IMG/VR virus record: IMGVR_UViG_3300027313_000002
Span: 13,293 to 77,292 of that record
Reading direction: 5' to 3' (one strand)
DNA from: a virus
Length of the DNA stretch: 64,000 nucleotides
In this document: positions 9,297-19,600 of the stretch, one piece after another
Position numbering within the stretch: position 1 is the first letter of the stretch
Layout of the letters: each line of letters opens with the position of its first letter
Made by a program: the position numbers and the translations under genes
The notes under the pieces: generated by a model
Told to the model about the DNA's origin: nothing
Databases searched by the model: none
What the model saw: only the letters and a program-made list of their open reading frames with translations

Positions 9297-11270
9297 TCAC
9301 GCCTCCTCCCCGGGCTCGTCCCGCGGGTCCTCATCCTGCCCTGCCGCGGGCGGCGGCGCCTCGCAGACGGCCCAGTGCTTGACCGGCGCGTCGCCCAGGT
9401 ACTGCACCACGCCGCGGTCCTCCAGCACGGCCATGGCGCCCTCCGGGCCGTACAGCCAGGACCGGGACCGCCCGGCCCGCTGGCAGACCCCGGACTCGTT
9501 CAGGTCCCGGGCAGTCACCTCGGCCTGGCCGGCGGCGTTGCGCGGGCGGGCCGGGTCGTCACGCAGGGCCCACAGCAGGTCGCGGACCAGGGCGATGGCC
9601 TGCGCCGGGGCGGGCTTGGCCGCGGGCGGCGGCGCGCCCGCCTTATCGTACCGGCCACCCACGGGCCTGTCCGTGCTGGTAGGAGACGGGCCGGGCTTGG
9701 CCAGCAGCGCGTCCATCGTGCAGCCGTCCACCTCGCGGTCGCGGTCCTGGGCGTACTGCTGCACGTGCTCGAAGATGGCCTGCGCGCCGTCCCCCCAGGA
9801 GTACAGCCGGACCGGCAGCGCCTTGTCCGCGTCCGGGATGGTGAGCGTGTCCCACACGCTCATCCCCGGGTAGGACGCCCCCCACAGCTGCGGCCGGGCG
9901 CCCCGCTGCCGCTGGGTCTCGCTCAGCCCCAGCTCGGCCTGGCCGGCGTCGGCCACCCCGAAGCACACGTGGCCCTGCTGGGCGCGGGCTACCGTCGGGC
10001 CCTGGCTGTGGTGCACCGACTGCTGGGAGGAGTCGGCCCGGATGCCGGCCGACCGGACGTTGCGCTGCAGGGACACCCACAGGTCCTCCAGCTGCTTGCG
10101 GTCCAGCAGCGCCAGGATGTCCGGGGTCTCCTCGAAGAGGGCGTGCAGGTAGCTCAGGCCGCAGCCCCGCTCCCACTCGGTCATCTTGCGCTTCGCCAGG
10201 TAGTCGCAGCGGGCCAGCCGGGCCCGCTTGAGCGCGTACAGCAGCTCGACGGCATCCTCGGGCTCCACGGCCAGCGGCAGCGCCATCGCTGCCTCCAGCG
10301 CGCCGAGGAACTGGCGCCGCTTGGCGACGTCCGCGGCCACCACCGCGTAGTCGCGCCGGGTGACGCCCTCGGCGATCATGTTCCAGGCGTAGCCCATCGA
10401 CTTGGCCGACCCGGACTGGCCCATCACCTTGACCGAGTGCGAGGGCAGCAGGCGGTACAGGAACAGGTCGGAGTCCTGCCGCAGGCCGAGGCGGAACGGC
10501 GCATCAGCGATGCTCTCCCCGGGAGCGGACGGCCCCGGCCACGGGACGGGCCCGCGCAGCAGCACCTGCGGGTCGGTGATCTTGACGTTGCCGACCCCCG
10601 CGTCGCCCAGGTCGCTGGTCACCGTCCAGCTGCCCGGCGGGTGCCGCAGGGCGGCCTCCACCCGCTCGATGTCCTCAGCGGCCTCGCCGACCACCATGCC
10701 GTCCGGCAGCTGCAGCCCGGCCTCGGTCACCACCGCCCGCTGGCCGCCCGCCGGGGACCCGGCCCGGCGGTGCCGGACGCTGAACAGCCGGGCGCCCTGC
10801 ATGCCGACCGGCTCGGCCTTGGCCGCGAACGCCTTGGCCAGGTCCCGGTTGTCGCCCGCGCTCAGCCACAGGTCCCAGATGACGCAGGCGCACAGCCCGC
10901 CCAGGAAGTAGGCCATCGCCAGCACCCGGCCGAAGCCGAAGATCAGGAACGCGGCCAGCGCCAGGGCGGCCAACGCCGCGGTGACCGGGCCGATCAGCCG
11001 ACCGACCACGGCGGCCCGGTGCCAGCGCAGGTGCAGGTCGAAGCCGGTCACGGCGGTGCCCAGCGCCAGCACCGTCAGCACCGTCCCGGCCCGGAACCAG
11101 AACCCGCTCTCGATGAGCAGGAACAGCTTCAGCACCAGCCCGGTCAGGGTCAGCCCGATCCAGGCGCCCCAGGGCAGCACCATGTGCCAGAGCTTGATCA
11201 GGACCTCGTTCCGGCCGCTCTGGTGCTGCGCGGACGGCGTCGGCCGCCCGCTGACGGTCCGGCTAGGCAC
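9297..11270 (-). CDS. traB: TraB-like FtsK/SpoIIIE conjugative DNA translocase
   Basis: N-terminal TM helices; Walker A variant GQSGSAKS; LFEET Walker B; RSAGI; C-terminal wHTH (RSRSWLY...LEDRGVV). Confidence 0.8.
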   Translation of the reverse strand: MPSRTVSGRPTPSAQHQSGRNEVLIKLWHMVLPWGAWIGLTLTGLVLKLFLLIESGFWFRAGTVLTVLALGTAVTGFDLHLRWHRAAVVGRLIGPVTAALAALALAAFLIFGFGRVLAMAYFLGGLCACVIWDLWLSAGDNRDLAKAFAAKAEPVGMQGARLFSVRHRRAGSPAGGQRAVVTEAGLQLPDGMVVGEAAEDIERVEAALRHPPGSWTVTSDLGDAGVGNVKITDPQVLLRGPVPWPGPSAPGESIADAPFRLGLRQDSDLFLYRLLPSHSVKVMGQSGSAKSMGYAWNMIAEGVTRRDYAVVAADVAKRRQFLGALEAAMALPLAVEPEDAVELLYALKRARLARCDYLAKRKMTEWERGCGLSYLHALFEETPDILALLDRKQLEDLWVSLQRNVRSAGIRADSSQQSVHHSQGPTVARAQQGHVCFGVADAGQAELGLSETQRQRGARPQLWGASYPGMSVWDTLTIPDADKALPVRLYSWGDGAQAIFEHVQQYAQDRDREVDGCTMDALLAKPGPSPTSTDRPVGGRYDKAGAPPPAAKPAPAQAIALVRDLLWALRDDPARPRNAAGQAEVTARDLNESGVCQRAGRSRSWLYGPEGAMAVLEDRGVVQYLGDAPVKHWAVCEAPPPAAGQDEDPRDEPGEEA

Positions 11271-11997
11271 GGCTCACCTCCGGCGCGTGCCCGTTGACGT
11301 GCTCGCGCAGCAGCTGGCTGGCCGACTGGCGGCTGCAGCCGAGATCGCGGGCCAGCTCGTTGCGGCCCCCGGCGGCGGCCACCCGGCGCGCCAGCTCCTC
11401 CGGCGGCAGCTTGCGCCACTCGGGAATGGCGCCCGCCCTGCCACGCGGCTTGCGCCCGGCAGGGCGGCGCTGGACCCGCCGGGGGGCGCCGGGCCCGGGT
11501 GAGGCAGGCTCCTGCTCCGGCGCGCTCCCGGCGGCGGGCTCAGGCTCCGGCTGCGCCTCCGCGGCAGCCGGGGTCTCGCTGGCCATCCGCACCAGCCACA
11601 CGGTCAGCTCATAGGCGGCGACGAACGCCACCGCGGGCCAGGCGCTGATGCCCGGCCGCAGCCACACGCCCCACGAGGGGTAATCCGGCGACAGGTTGAT
11701 GATGATGGTGACCGCGATGCCGGCGATCAGCACCAGCCAGGCAGGCACGGTCCGCCAGAAACTCGCGTGCTTGCGGGCCGCCGCCCAGACGGCCAGGGTG
11801 GCGGCGACGATCAGGCCGTCCACGCTCCACGGGAACAGCCCCGCATCCCAGTGCGCCTGGCCGTACCGGATGGCCTGCTCGTACTGATGCTGGTAAGACC
11901 CGGATGCAGCGACGCCCGCGACGAACGCGGTCACCGCGCAGGCGGCGGCGACCAGCCGCCAGGACTGCTCGATGCGGAGCCAGGACGGCACCTGCAT
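11263..11997 (-). CDS. DUF2637/Spd-like membrane protein with C-terminal HTH
   Basis: SYQHQY...LFPWSVDGLIVAA...ISAWPAVAFVAAYEL. Confidence 0.8.
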   Translation of the reverse strand: MQVPSWLRIEQSWRLVAAACAVTAFVAGVAASGSYQHQYEQAIRYGQAHWDAGLFPWSVDGLIVAATLAVWAAARKHASFWRTVPAWLVLIAGIAVTIIINLSPDYPSWGVWLRPGISAWPAVAFVAAYELTVWLVRMASETPAAAEAQPEPEPAAGSAPEQEPASPGPGAPRRVQRRPAGRKPRGRAGAIPEWRKLPPEELARRVAAAGGRNELARDLGCSRQSASQLLREHVNGHAPEVSRA

Positions 11998-12260
11998 CAG
12001 GCCACCTCCTCGGCCGGGCGCTCCGCCCACCACGCGGCGGTCACCTCGGACATGTCCCCGGGACCGCTGCGCCCGGCCGAGGCCCGCACCGCATCCAGCC
12101 AGCTGACGTAGACCGACAGCTGCCCGCCGAAGGTGCGCACCGACGGCATCCGCCCGGCGTTCGCCCACTCGCGCAGCGCATCCTCCGAGCGGCCGAGCAG
12201 CCGGGCTGCCATCGGCAGGGTGGTCAGCCGCTCCAGCCGCTCCCATCCGGTTACCGCCAT
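11997..12260 (-). CDS. excisionase/MerR-like HTH protein
   Basis: LTTLPMAARLLGRSEDALREWANAGRMPSVR. Confidence 0.7.
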   Translation of the reverse strand: MAVTGWERLERLTTLPMAARLLGRSEDALREWANAGRMPSVRTFGGQLSVYVSWLDAVRASAGRSGPGDMSEVTAAWWAERPAEEVA

Positions 12261-12406
12261 CCGCCTGGTCCTCCCGGGGAATCCTGGGAATCTCCGTATC
12301 CGGCCAATGTACTGCGTACCGTACACGACCGCAAGCAACCGGCTTACCGTTTCATCAGGCCCGACGTAAGATCAGGGCGTACCATCACCAGCACACGGAG
12401 GACGCG

Positions 12407-13174
12407 GTGTCTCCTCGGGCCCAGCGCACGCTGCCGCTGCACCAGCAGATTTACGACCACTACGAGCAGCTCATCACCGACGGGAACCTGCAGCCAGGCG
12501 ACAAGCTGCCGTCCGTCCGCCGGACCGCCGAGGAGTGGGGCACCGGCCAGCAGGCCGCCCAGCACGCCTACGCACTGCTGCGCGCGGCCAAGCTGACCCG
12601 GACCAGCACCGAGGGGACCTTCGTCGCGCAGCGTCGCGCCACCTACGGCCCGCAGCAGCGGGCCCGGTCGGTGCGGTTCTCCCCGGGCACCTCCACCGAT
12701 GTCCGGGACGCGGGCAGAGTCCTGATCACGCCGCCGCACCCGTGGGATTACGTCATCGCGATCCTCGGCCTGGAGCCCGACCATGAGGGCGACTTCGAGG
12801 TGATCCGGCGCGAGGAGCTGATCAGCGACGAGGGCGGACCGGTCATGCTGCTGGTCACCTGGGCCTCGCCGGGCTGGCTGCCGCGGGTGCCCGAGCTGGC
12901 CGTGGCCGACATCCTGCCGGACCCGCGCGGCGCGGCGCACCTGATCGCGGACCGCTGGCCAGTCACGGTCGAATGGGGCGAGTACTCCGACGAGACCCGG
13001 CTGCCGATGGACGACGGCCGCGAAATCCCGCTGCTGGAGCTGGCACCCGGTGAATACGTGGGCGGCAAGACCTGGAAGTGGGGCCACGGCGCCGGCGAGG
13101 CCGAGCAGCTGCTCGCCTACGAGGAGGCCACAGTCAAGCGGAACCGGGTCATCCGGCTGTACATCGAGCCCTAG
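12407..13174 (+). CDS. GntR (HutC/KorSA/TraR-like) regulator with UTRA domain
   Basis: PLHQQI...LQPGDKLPSVR wHTH plus UTRA-like C-terminus; divergent from the tra operon. Confidence 0.85.
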   Translation: MSPRAQRTLPLHQQIYDHYEQLITDGNLQPGDKLPSVRRTAEEWGTGQQAAQHAYALLRAAKLTRTSTEGTFVAQRRATYGPQQRARSVRFSPGTSTDVRDAGRVLITPPHPWDYVIAILGLEPDHEGDFEVIRREELISDEGGPVMLLVTWASPGWLPRVPELAVADILPDPRGAAHLIADRWPVTVEWGEYSDETRLPMDDGREIPLLELAPGEYVGGKTWKWGHGAGEAEQLLAYEEATVKRNRVIRLYIEP

Positions 13175-13692
13175 CCGAGCACATCCTCGGCGAACGAGGC
13201 GTAGACCCACTCGGTGGCCAGCGCCAGCGGCACCTCGCCGGCACCGCGCGGCAGCCACAGCATCCCGGCAGACAGCAGCGCGACCCGGGCGCCCAGGGGG
13301 GACCGCCTGCCCGGCTCGGTGTCGGCGCTCAGCTGCTCCCGGCGCACGTGGTAGCGCTCCAGCGCCCGGCCCAGCGGCACGGCCGAGGCGAGCAGCTGCT
13401 CGCGCACCTCCGCGTCGGGGATGCGGCCCGGGATGTAGGTGGCCTGGACCTCGGCGATGCGGGCGCCGCTGACCGTGCGCAGGAAGCCGGACCGCCAGGC
13501 CGCGATCATCCCCCCGGGAGCCTGCAGCAGCCGCCGCTCCGCGCCGGTCAGGCAGGTCTCGTGCCACCGGGCGGTCACCTCGGCGGTCACCTCCTCGCCG
13601 GCCAGCTTCTCGGCCAGCGCGGTGAAGGTGAGGGCGCCGTCCAGCATGCCTGCTAGTTCGGCAGCCGGGGACAGCCGTGTCTCTGTCGCCAT
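13171..13692 (-). CDS. chorismate pyruvate-lyase (UbiC)-like protein
   Basis: TFTALAEKLAGEEV, RSGFL, PLGRAL, ATEWV pattern; GGAAGG RBS. Confidence 0.55.
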   Translation of the reverse strand: MATETRLSPAAELAGMLDGALTFTALAEKLAGEEVTAEVTARWHETCLTGAERRLLQAPGGMIAAWRSGFLRTVSGARIAEVQATYIPGRIPDAEVREQLLASAVPLGRALERYHVRREQLSADTEPGRRSPLGARVALLSAGMLWLPRGAGEVPLALATEWVYASFAEDVLG

Positions 13693-13908
13693 GCTGATGT
13701 TCCTTCCAGCATGGCCGGGCCGGGGGTACTCCCCGGGCCAACGGTTCTTCGCCCCGGGCCCGGCCGCTACGGAGCGCGTCCACAGCCTCGCGTCAAGTGA
13801 ACGCCGCCCTCCTACCGTGCCCCCGGGCACGGAGCGCTGTCAAGAGGCCGCACATGGCGAGCGCCCTGCGGACGCAGACCGCAGGGCGCTCGGGTCAGGG
13901 GGCAGGGA

Positions 13909-14670
13909 TCAGGTGGCAGGAGCGAACGGGTAGATGGTCCTGGTCTTGGTCGGGGTAGGGACCGGGACCGGCACTGACGCCAGCCTGGACGTGCCGACGG
14001 CCTGCACCTGGACGTCGAACACGGTCGGGGTGCCGAGCGCGCCCGGGTCATAGTTCAGGAACCAGGCCGCATTGAAGCTGTTGACGAAGCGCGGCAGGCT
14101 GCACTGCGGCTGGCCGTACTTCAGCCCCCTGGTCGGGAAGCTCCACATGCCCTCCAGGTCATACCGGCCCGAGCCGGTCACCCCGGCGTAGATGCCGGTG
14201 CCGGGGCCGAACCGCCAGGGCAGGTCGAACTGGCTGACCGTGATGGAGCAGGTGGCGCGGTCCACCCTCGCGCCGGACAGCGGGAAGTGCCGGATGTCCA
14301 CGCCGTTCGGGCCCTGGAAGATGAAGCTGAGCACCTGGCTGAGCGTGGTGAGGTGACCGATGTCCAGCGAGACCGGGCCGGTGGCGATCACGTAGCCGTC
14401 CGGGTCAGCAGTGCCGACGTTGATGTCGATGTCCTGCTGGCCAAACGGGGTGACGACCGGGGGAACGGTCTCGGTGACGGTCGGCGTCGGCAGTGGCTGG
14501 GTCGGCGTCGGCGTCACAGTGGGCTTGCCGGTCGAGTAGGTAGGCGTGGGCGTCGGGTGGTGCGTGCCCGCGAGCGCCGGGACGGTCATCGCGGCGAGCC
14601 CCCCCACGGCCAGCACGACCACCGTGCCGGCAGCCGCCCAGGCCTGCCTCGACGTCAGATGTCCGAACAT
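13909..14670 (-). CDS. secreted protein with Thr/Pro linker
   Basis: Signal peptide ending ALA-G; PTPTPT repeats; AAAGGA RBS. Confidence 0.7.
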   Translation of the reverse strand: MFGHLTSRQAWAAAGTVVVLAVGGLAAMTVPALAGTHHPTPTPTYSTGKPTVTPTPTQPLPTPTVTETVPPVVTPFGQQDIDINVGTADPDGYVIATGPVSLDIGHLTTLSQVLSFIFQGPNGVDIRHFPLSGARVDRATCSITVSQFDLPWRFGPGTGIYAGVTGSGRYDLEGMWSFPTRGLKYGQPQCSLPRFVNSFNAAWFLNYDPGALGTPTVFDVQVQAVGTSRLASVPVPVPTPTKTRTIYPFAPAT

Positions 14671-14796
14671 GTTGGTCCTTTCCGTTGGTCTTGCGCTTGT
14701 CAGCGGAAGTAGCCGAACGGAAAGCCGCTATCGGACACCCGGAGCGCCAGCCCGCGATACGAGGTAACGAAAGGGCAACAACCTGCGCCCGGAAAC

Positions 14797-15522
14797 CTAC
14801 GAGAAAACGACAGTCGTCGCAAAAACCCACGCAGCCCCGGGCATCTTCTGGCCCAGCCCGCCCGCCGGGATTTTCCTGTTCAGCATGGCGGCCGACCCGC
14901 CCGTGGCGTACACCGAGGACAGCACCGGCCCGGCGGTCGGCACCCCGGCGCCCGAAGCCCAGCACCACTCCAGCCAGGTGAAGTTGGCGTTGCCCGCGGC
15001 GAAGGTGGACTGCCCGTTGATCGTGGCGGGCAGGGTCAGCGTGGGATAGGTGGCGTCCATCGACTGGTACCAGCTGTTACCCGCGCCCTCCCCGCCGGCG
15101 TTGGACAGGTGCGTCTGGGTGGCCACGAACCCGGTGGCCCCGTCGATGCCCACCCCGATGCACGGCGCGCCTGCCGCGCCGCCGCCGGAGGCCAGGGTGA
15201 GCGGGCGCCCGGCGGCGCCGGACGGCGCGGCGCCGGTCAGCAGGTTGATCAGGTTGGTGAGCCCGCCGTTGACCATGGAATTGCCCTCGTCATAGGCGTA
15301 GCCGTCCTCCGGCCCGCCGGGGAACACCCGGCGCAGCCAGTCGCCGTGCAGGCGGGGCACCCTGATCCCGAGGAACTCGACGAGCAGGTGGCGGCCCCAG
15401 CTCAGCTCGCTCTCCAGCTTGCGCTGCGCCCAGGCGGCCTGGTCCGGGCTGTACTTCTCGACCGTGACCGTGGGGTACCAGCGGATGCTGTCCCGGCCCG
15501 TCCGCGGGCTCACGTCAGTCAC
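14797..15522 (-). CDS. virion structural protein (tail collar/fibre-like)
   Basis: GNSMVNGGL, IGVG, STFAAGNANFTWLE, MLNRK, LGQK; GAGGAG RBS and upstream GCCGAT. Confidence 0.6.
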   Translation of the reverse strand: MTDVSPRTGRDSIRWYPTVTVEKYSPDQAAWAQRKLESELSWGRHLLVEFLGIRVPRLHGDWLRRVFPGGPEDGYAYDEGNSMVNGGLTNLINLLTGAAPSGAAGRPLTLASGGGAAGAPCIGVGIDGATGFVATQTHLSNAGGEGAGNSWYQSMDATYPTLTLPATINGQSTFAAGNANFTWLEWCWASGAGVPTAGPVLSSVYATGGSAAMLNRKIPAGGLGQKMPGAAWVFATTVVFS

Positions 15523-15649
15523 GGGCAGCTCCTCGGGCCGGCGAGTCGGGACTACCCGCTCCAATCGGCCCACCAGCGCCTTGGCGCGGTGTTAGGCTGC
15601 GCGGATTCCGTGCCGAATTTCCGGGTGGGGCTGATTCGAGGAGGCCGGT

Positions 15650-16270
15650 ATGAGCGGATCCCTGACCGAGCTGCTGGAGGCCCGGCGCGTGACGCCGGAG
15701 GAGGTCGAGCAGGCCAGCTTCTCCAGGGTCCGCTTCGGCGGCGTCAGCGACGGGGAGGTGGCCGCGTTCCTGGACCGGGTGCACGACGAGCTGGTGGTGC
15801 TGGCCGCCGAGCGGGACGCCGCGCTGGCCGGCGCCGCGCGGGACCGGGATACCGCGGCGGCGACCGCCGGCGAGCCAGGCCCGGGCGCCATGGAGGCGGT
15901 GCGCATCCTGGCCGAGGCGCAGGCCACCGCCGCCAGGCTAGTGGCCGAGGCCCGGGCCGAGGCGGACGAGCTGACCGGCAACGCCAAGCGGCAGCGCGAC
16001 CAGCTGCTCGCCGACGCCGAGGCGAAAGCCGCCGCGACCCTGAGCACCGCCGGGGCGGAGGCCGCCGCCGTGCGCGCCCAGGCGCCCGCTGAGGCCCTCG
16101 CGCGGCTGGCCCGGTGGCAGAGCATGGGGCAGAGCCTCGGCGGCCACCTGGAGGCGCTGCAGGACGAGATCACGGCGGTCCTGGACTTCTGGGGAGAGCC
16201 GCCACCGGAGCCCGCGCCCGCCCGGCCGGCCCGGCGCCGCCGCCCCGCTACGCCAGCGGATACGGCATGA
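15650..16270 (+). CDS. DivIVA/Wag31-domain coiled-coil protein
   Basis: VTPEEVEQASFSRVRFGGVSDGEVAAFLDRV plus Ala-rich coiled coil. Confidence 0.85.
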   Translation: MSGSLTELLEARRVTPEEVEQASFSRVRFGGVSDGEVAAFLDRVHDELVVLAAERDAALAGAARDRDTAAATAGEPGPGAMEAVRILAEAQATAARLVAEARAEADELTGNAKRQRDQLLADAEAKAAATLSTAGAEAAAVRAQAPAEALARLARWQSMGQSLGGHLEALQDEITAVLDFWGEPPPEPAPARPARRRRPATPADTA

Positions 16271-16676
16271 CCTCGGTGACGAGCACGCCCTCCGGCGGCA
16301 GCTGAGTCGCGGCGGCCGTGCCGCGCTGGTTCCCCGCCATCATCCACGCCCGCTGCACCTGGACCGTGGCCTGCACCGCGGGCTGGGCGACGCCGAGCAG
16401 GCCGGCGATGTCCTGGCAGATGCCGTCCAGCGTGCTGGCGATGGCCGCCTCCACCTGGTCCTGGTCGAACTTGCTGTAGTCCCAGGTGTAGACGTTCAGG
16501 TCCTTCTGCGGGTCCGGCTGGGTGCTGCCGGTCTCGAAGAAGAACACGAACTGGACCGGGTTCGGCACCCCGAACGCCACCGTGCCGCCCTGGGCGGTCA
16601 GCCCGCTGAACGTGCAGTCGTAGCTGACCGACGCGCAGTGCGCCAGCGGGCCGAGGTCCGGCATCCGTGTGGCCAT
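16248..16676 (-). CDS. hypothetical tail-associated protein
   Basis: Follows the tail tip gene with GGGAGG RBS. Confidence 0.6.
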   Translation of the reverse strand: MATRMPDLGPLAHCASVSYDCTFSGLTAQGGTVAFGVPNPVQFVFFFETGSTQPDPQKDLNVYTWDYSKFDQDQVEAAIASTLDGICQDIAGLLGVAQPAVQATVQVQRAWMMAGNQRGTAAATQLPPEGVLVTEVMPYPLA

Positions 16677-16685
16677 GGCCCTCCC

Positions 16686-19600
16686 TCAGTGCGTGTAGCT
16701 GACGGTGAGCATCGGCTTCTGGCTGTTAGTGGCGTTCATGCCCCGGTAATACCCAGTGTACTGCGAGGACCCGCCGCCGATCGGGTTGCAGGCCGCCATC
16801 AGGTACGTGTAGGTGCCCAGCAGGTCAGTGATGAGCTGGAGGTTGGTGGTGGACCCGACCGAGTTGGTCTGCCCGGCCTTGAAGCTGGGCTGAGTCCGGG
16901 GCGTCGTGGAGACCACGCTGCCGGTGCTCCGCGCGCTGGACGGGTAGATGCCGACGACCGCCCCGCCCGAATAATAGGTGCCCATGCACGTCATCCGCAG
17001 CGACCAGCTGGTGATCGTCGCCCCGGACGGGATAGCCGCCTTGACATTCGAGAAGTCCATGAACGAGTAGCAGCTGCCGCCGCCATTGTTATAGGCATTC
17101 CAGCCGCAGTACACCGCGCCCCCGACGGCGAGCAGGCCGCCAGCGCCCGAGTAGGCCCAGGTCTGGTTCGGGTAGAACGACTGCGTGTAGAGCTGGCTGC
17201 CGGCGCCGCCGCTGGTGCCGGTGCCCAGGGCCAGGCCGGTGTTGGTGGTGACGCCGGGGCCGCCGAAGCCGAGGTCGGTCACCCGCATCTCCACCACGTT
17301 CTCGTACTTGAACGCGCCGGACTGGATGAAGGCGGTCAGCAGGAACCGGAAGGTCTGCGCGGCCGAGCTGTTGTACGGCATCACGTATTCCATGTACGGG
17401 CTCATGTTGTTGCTGGTCGAGCCGCTGGGCACCGGGACGATGCTGGGGTTGCTCAGCACGGTCGCCGACGACGTGGTGGGCGTGGAGCCGTCCGTCGTGT
17501 AGTGCAGCTTCTGCACCATCTGCGTGGCCGAGCCGGGCGCGGTCGTCGGCACGAAGTCGCACGGCAGCACCTGGAGCAGGTAGGCCCGGCCGGGCGGCAC
17601 GGTCACGTCCAGTTCCAGGACGGCGACCTCGCTGGCCCCGATCGCGGTGGACGGCCACGGGCCGCCCGGCGTCCAGCCCCGCGAGACCAGGCCCTGCGGC
17701 AGGCTCGGCAGCAGCGTGTTCAGCAGCGACTGGCCCTGCACGATGACGTCGGTCGCGGCGCTGACGTACTGGCCGGTCACATCGCCGTCCGCGTCGATGC
17801 CGCCGAGCTGGTTGCCCCACGGGTCGGTCACCCCGAGGACGTTGGTCAGCATCGGCAGCCCGTAGAAGTTGATGCCCTGCGGGACGGCGTTGCCCAGTGC
17901 GTCGGTGCCGGGCACGGGCGAGTTGGAGTACACCAGGCCGCCGGCCACCTGCACGGTGTCGATGTACAGCAGCGTGCCGCTGGTGTCGGCGTGCGCCTCC
18001 TGCACGGTGAAGGTGGCGCTCACCGCGGTCGACGGCACCGTGGCCCCGGTCAGGGTCACCGCGGTCGGCGTGGTCGCGGCCAGCGCGAACGCGCCCTGGT
18101 CCCCGGCCACCGTGCCCAGGTTCGTGCCGGTGCCGTTCGCGCCGCTCCAGAACGTGACGAAGACCGACACCGCGGACAGCGCGACGGCCGAGTACAGCAC
18201 CGCCTGGGCGGTGGTGAACGTGCCGGCCTGGACCGTGAAGGCAGGCGAGGTCGCGCCCCAGGTGGCCGCCCCGGTCGCCGTGCACAGCAGCGAGTACGAG
18301 CCGGTGTTCGCCCAGGCGCCGGAGGCGGACAGCGTGCAGCTGACCGCCGCCCAGGACGAGGTGCTGCCCGACCCGGAGCCCTCGAAGTCCCACGTCGTCG
18401 GGCCGGTCGGCGACCCGTAGATGAGCTGGGTGCCGCCCGGCTGCAGCTCCATGAGCAGCTGCGTGCCGGCCGCGGTGTACCAGTAGATGGTGCCGTCCGG
18501 GCCGATCTTGAACACGACCGCGCCCGCCGAGTTGGTGATGGTGATCGAGCCGTCAGGGTTGATGGACGTACGCGGGTTGGTGCTGCTGTTCTGGATGGTG
18601 GAACCGGTGACCGTGGTGCCGTTGATGATCCCGGCGAGCACGATCCCGGCCTGGAACAGGCCCGCGGTCAGCGTCCCGGTGGCGATCTGGCCTGCGGTGA
18701 TGGTCGAGCTGGCGATCTGGGTGGCCGTTATCGTACCGCTCGCGATCTGCGTCGCGGTGATGGTGCCCGCCGCGATGAGCGCCGCCGTGACCGAGCCCGC
18801 CGCGATGGCCTGCGTGCCGTACTGGTACGCCGTCCAGGCCGAGCCGGTCCAGCGCTGCAGCTGGTAGCCAGCAGTGCCGTTGAACCACAGGTCACCGGTC
18901 TGCGGCGAGGTCGGCGCCGTGCTGCCCACGGTGACGTTCGGCCCGCCGCCGATGGCCTGGGCGGTGAACGCCACCTGCCCGGCGGTGATCCCGGCGGTAG
19001 CCGATAGCTGACTGCCCAGGATCCCGGCCGTGGCGGAGATCTGGGTGGAGGTGATGGTCCCGGTCTGGATGACGGTGCCGGGCAGGCTGCCCGGGGTGAT
19101 GGCCGACCCCACCGCCAGCGGGGTGGCGGTGCTCTGCGCCGACGCCGCCGAGGCCACGCCGGACTGGTTGACCGCCACCAGCTTGACGTAATACGGGGTG
19201 CCCGCGGTCAGCCCGCCGATGCCGAACAGCCCGCCCACGGCCATGGTGCCCTGCAGGGTGGGCGTGCCCGGGGTGAACCCGGACGTCGTCGACCCGTGCA
19301 CCTGGACGTAGCGGAAGTCGTACAGCGGCGCCGCCCCGGCCAGGTTCCCGTCCCAGCCGACGATGACCCCGAGCAGCCCGGCCACGACCGTGGGGGCGTC
19401 CGGCTGGCCCGGCGGCGGGGCGTTGACCGTGACCGCGGTCACCGTCCCGTCGGACTGCTGGCCGAGGACGACCCGCGCGGTGCCGGTCGGGTCGCGGATC
19501 ACGACGCCGGTCGGGGTGGTGGACACCGAGGCGGCCGGGACGGCGCCGGCCGAGTCGGCCGCCGTGCCCGCCGAGGCGCCCGCCGCGGTCACGGTGTGGC

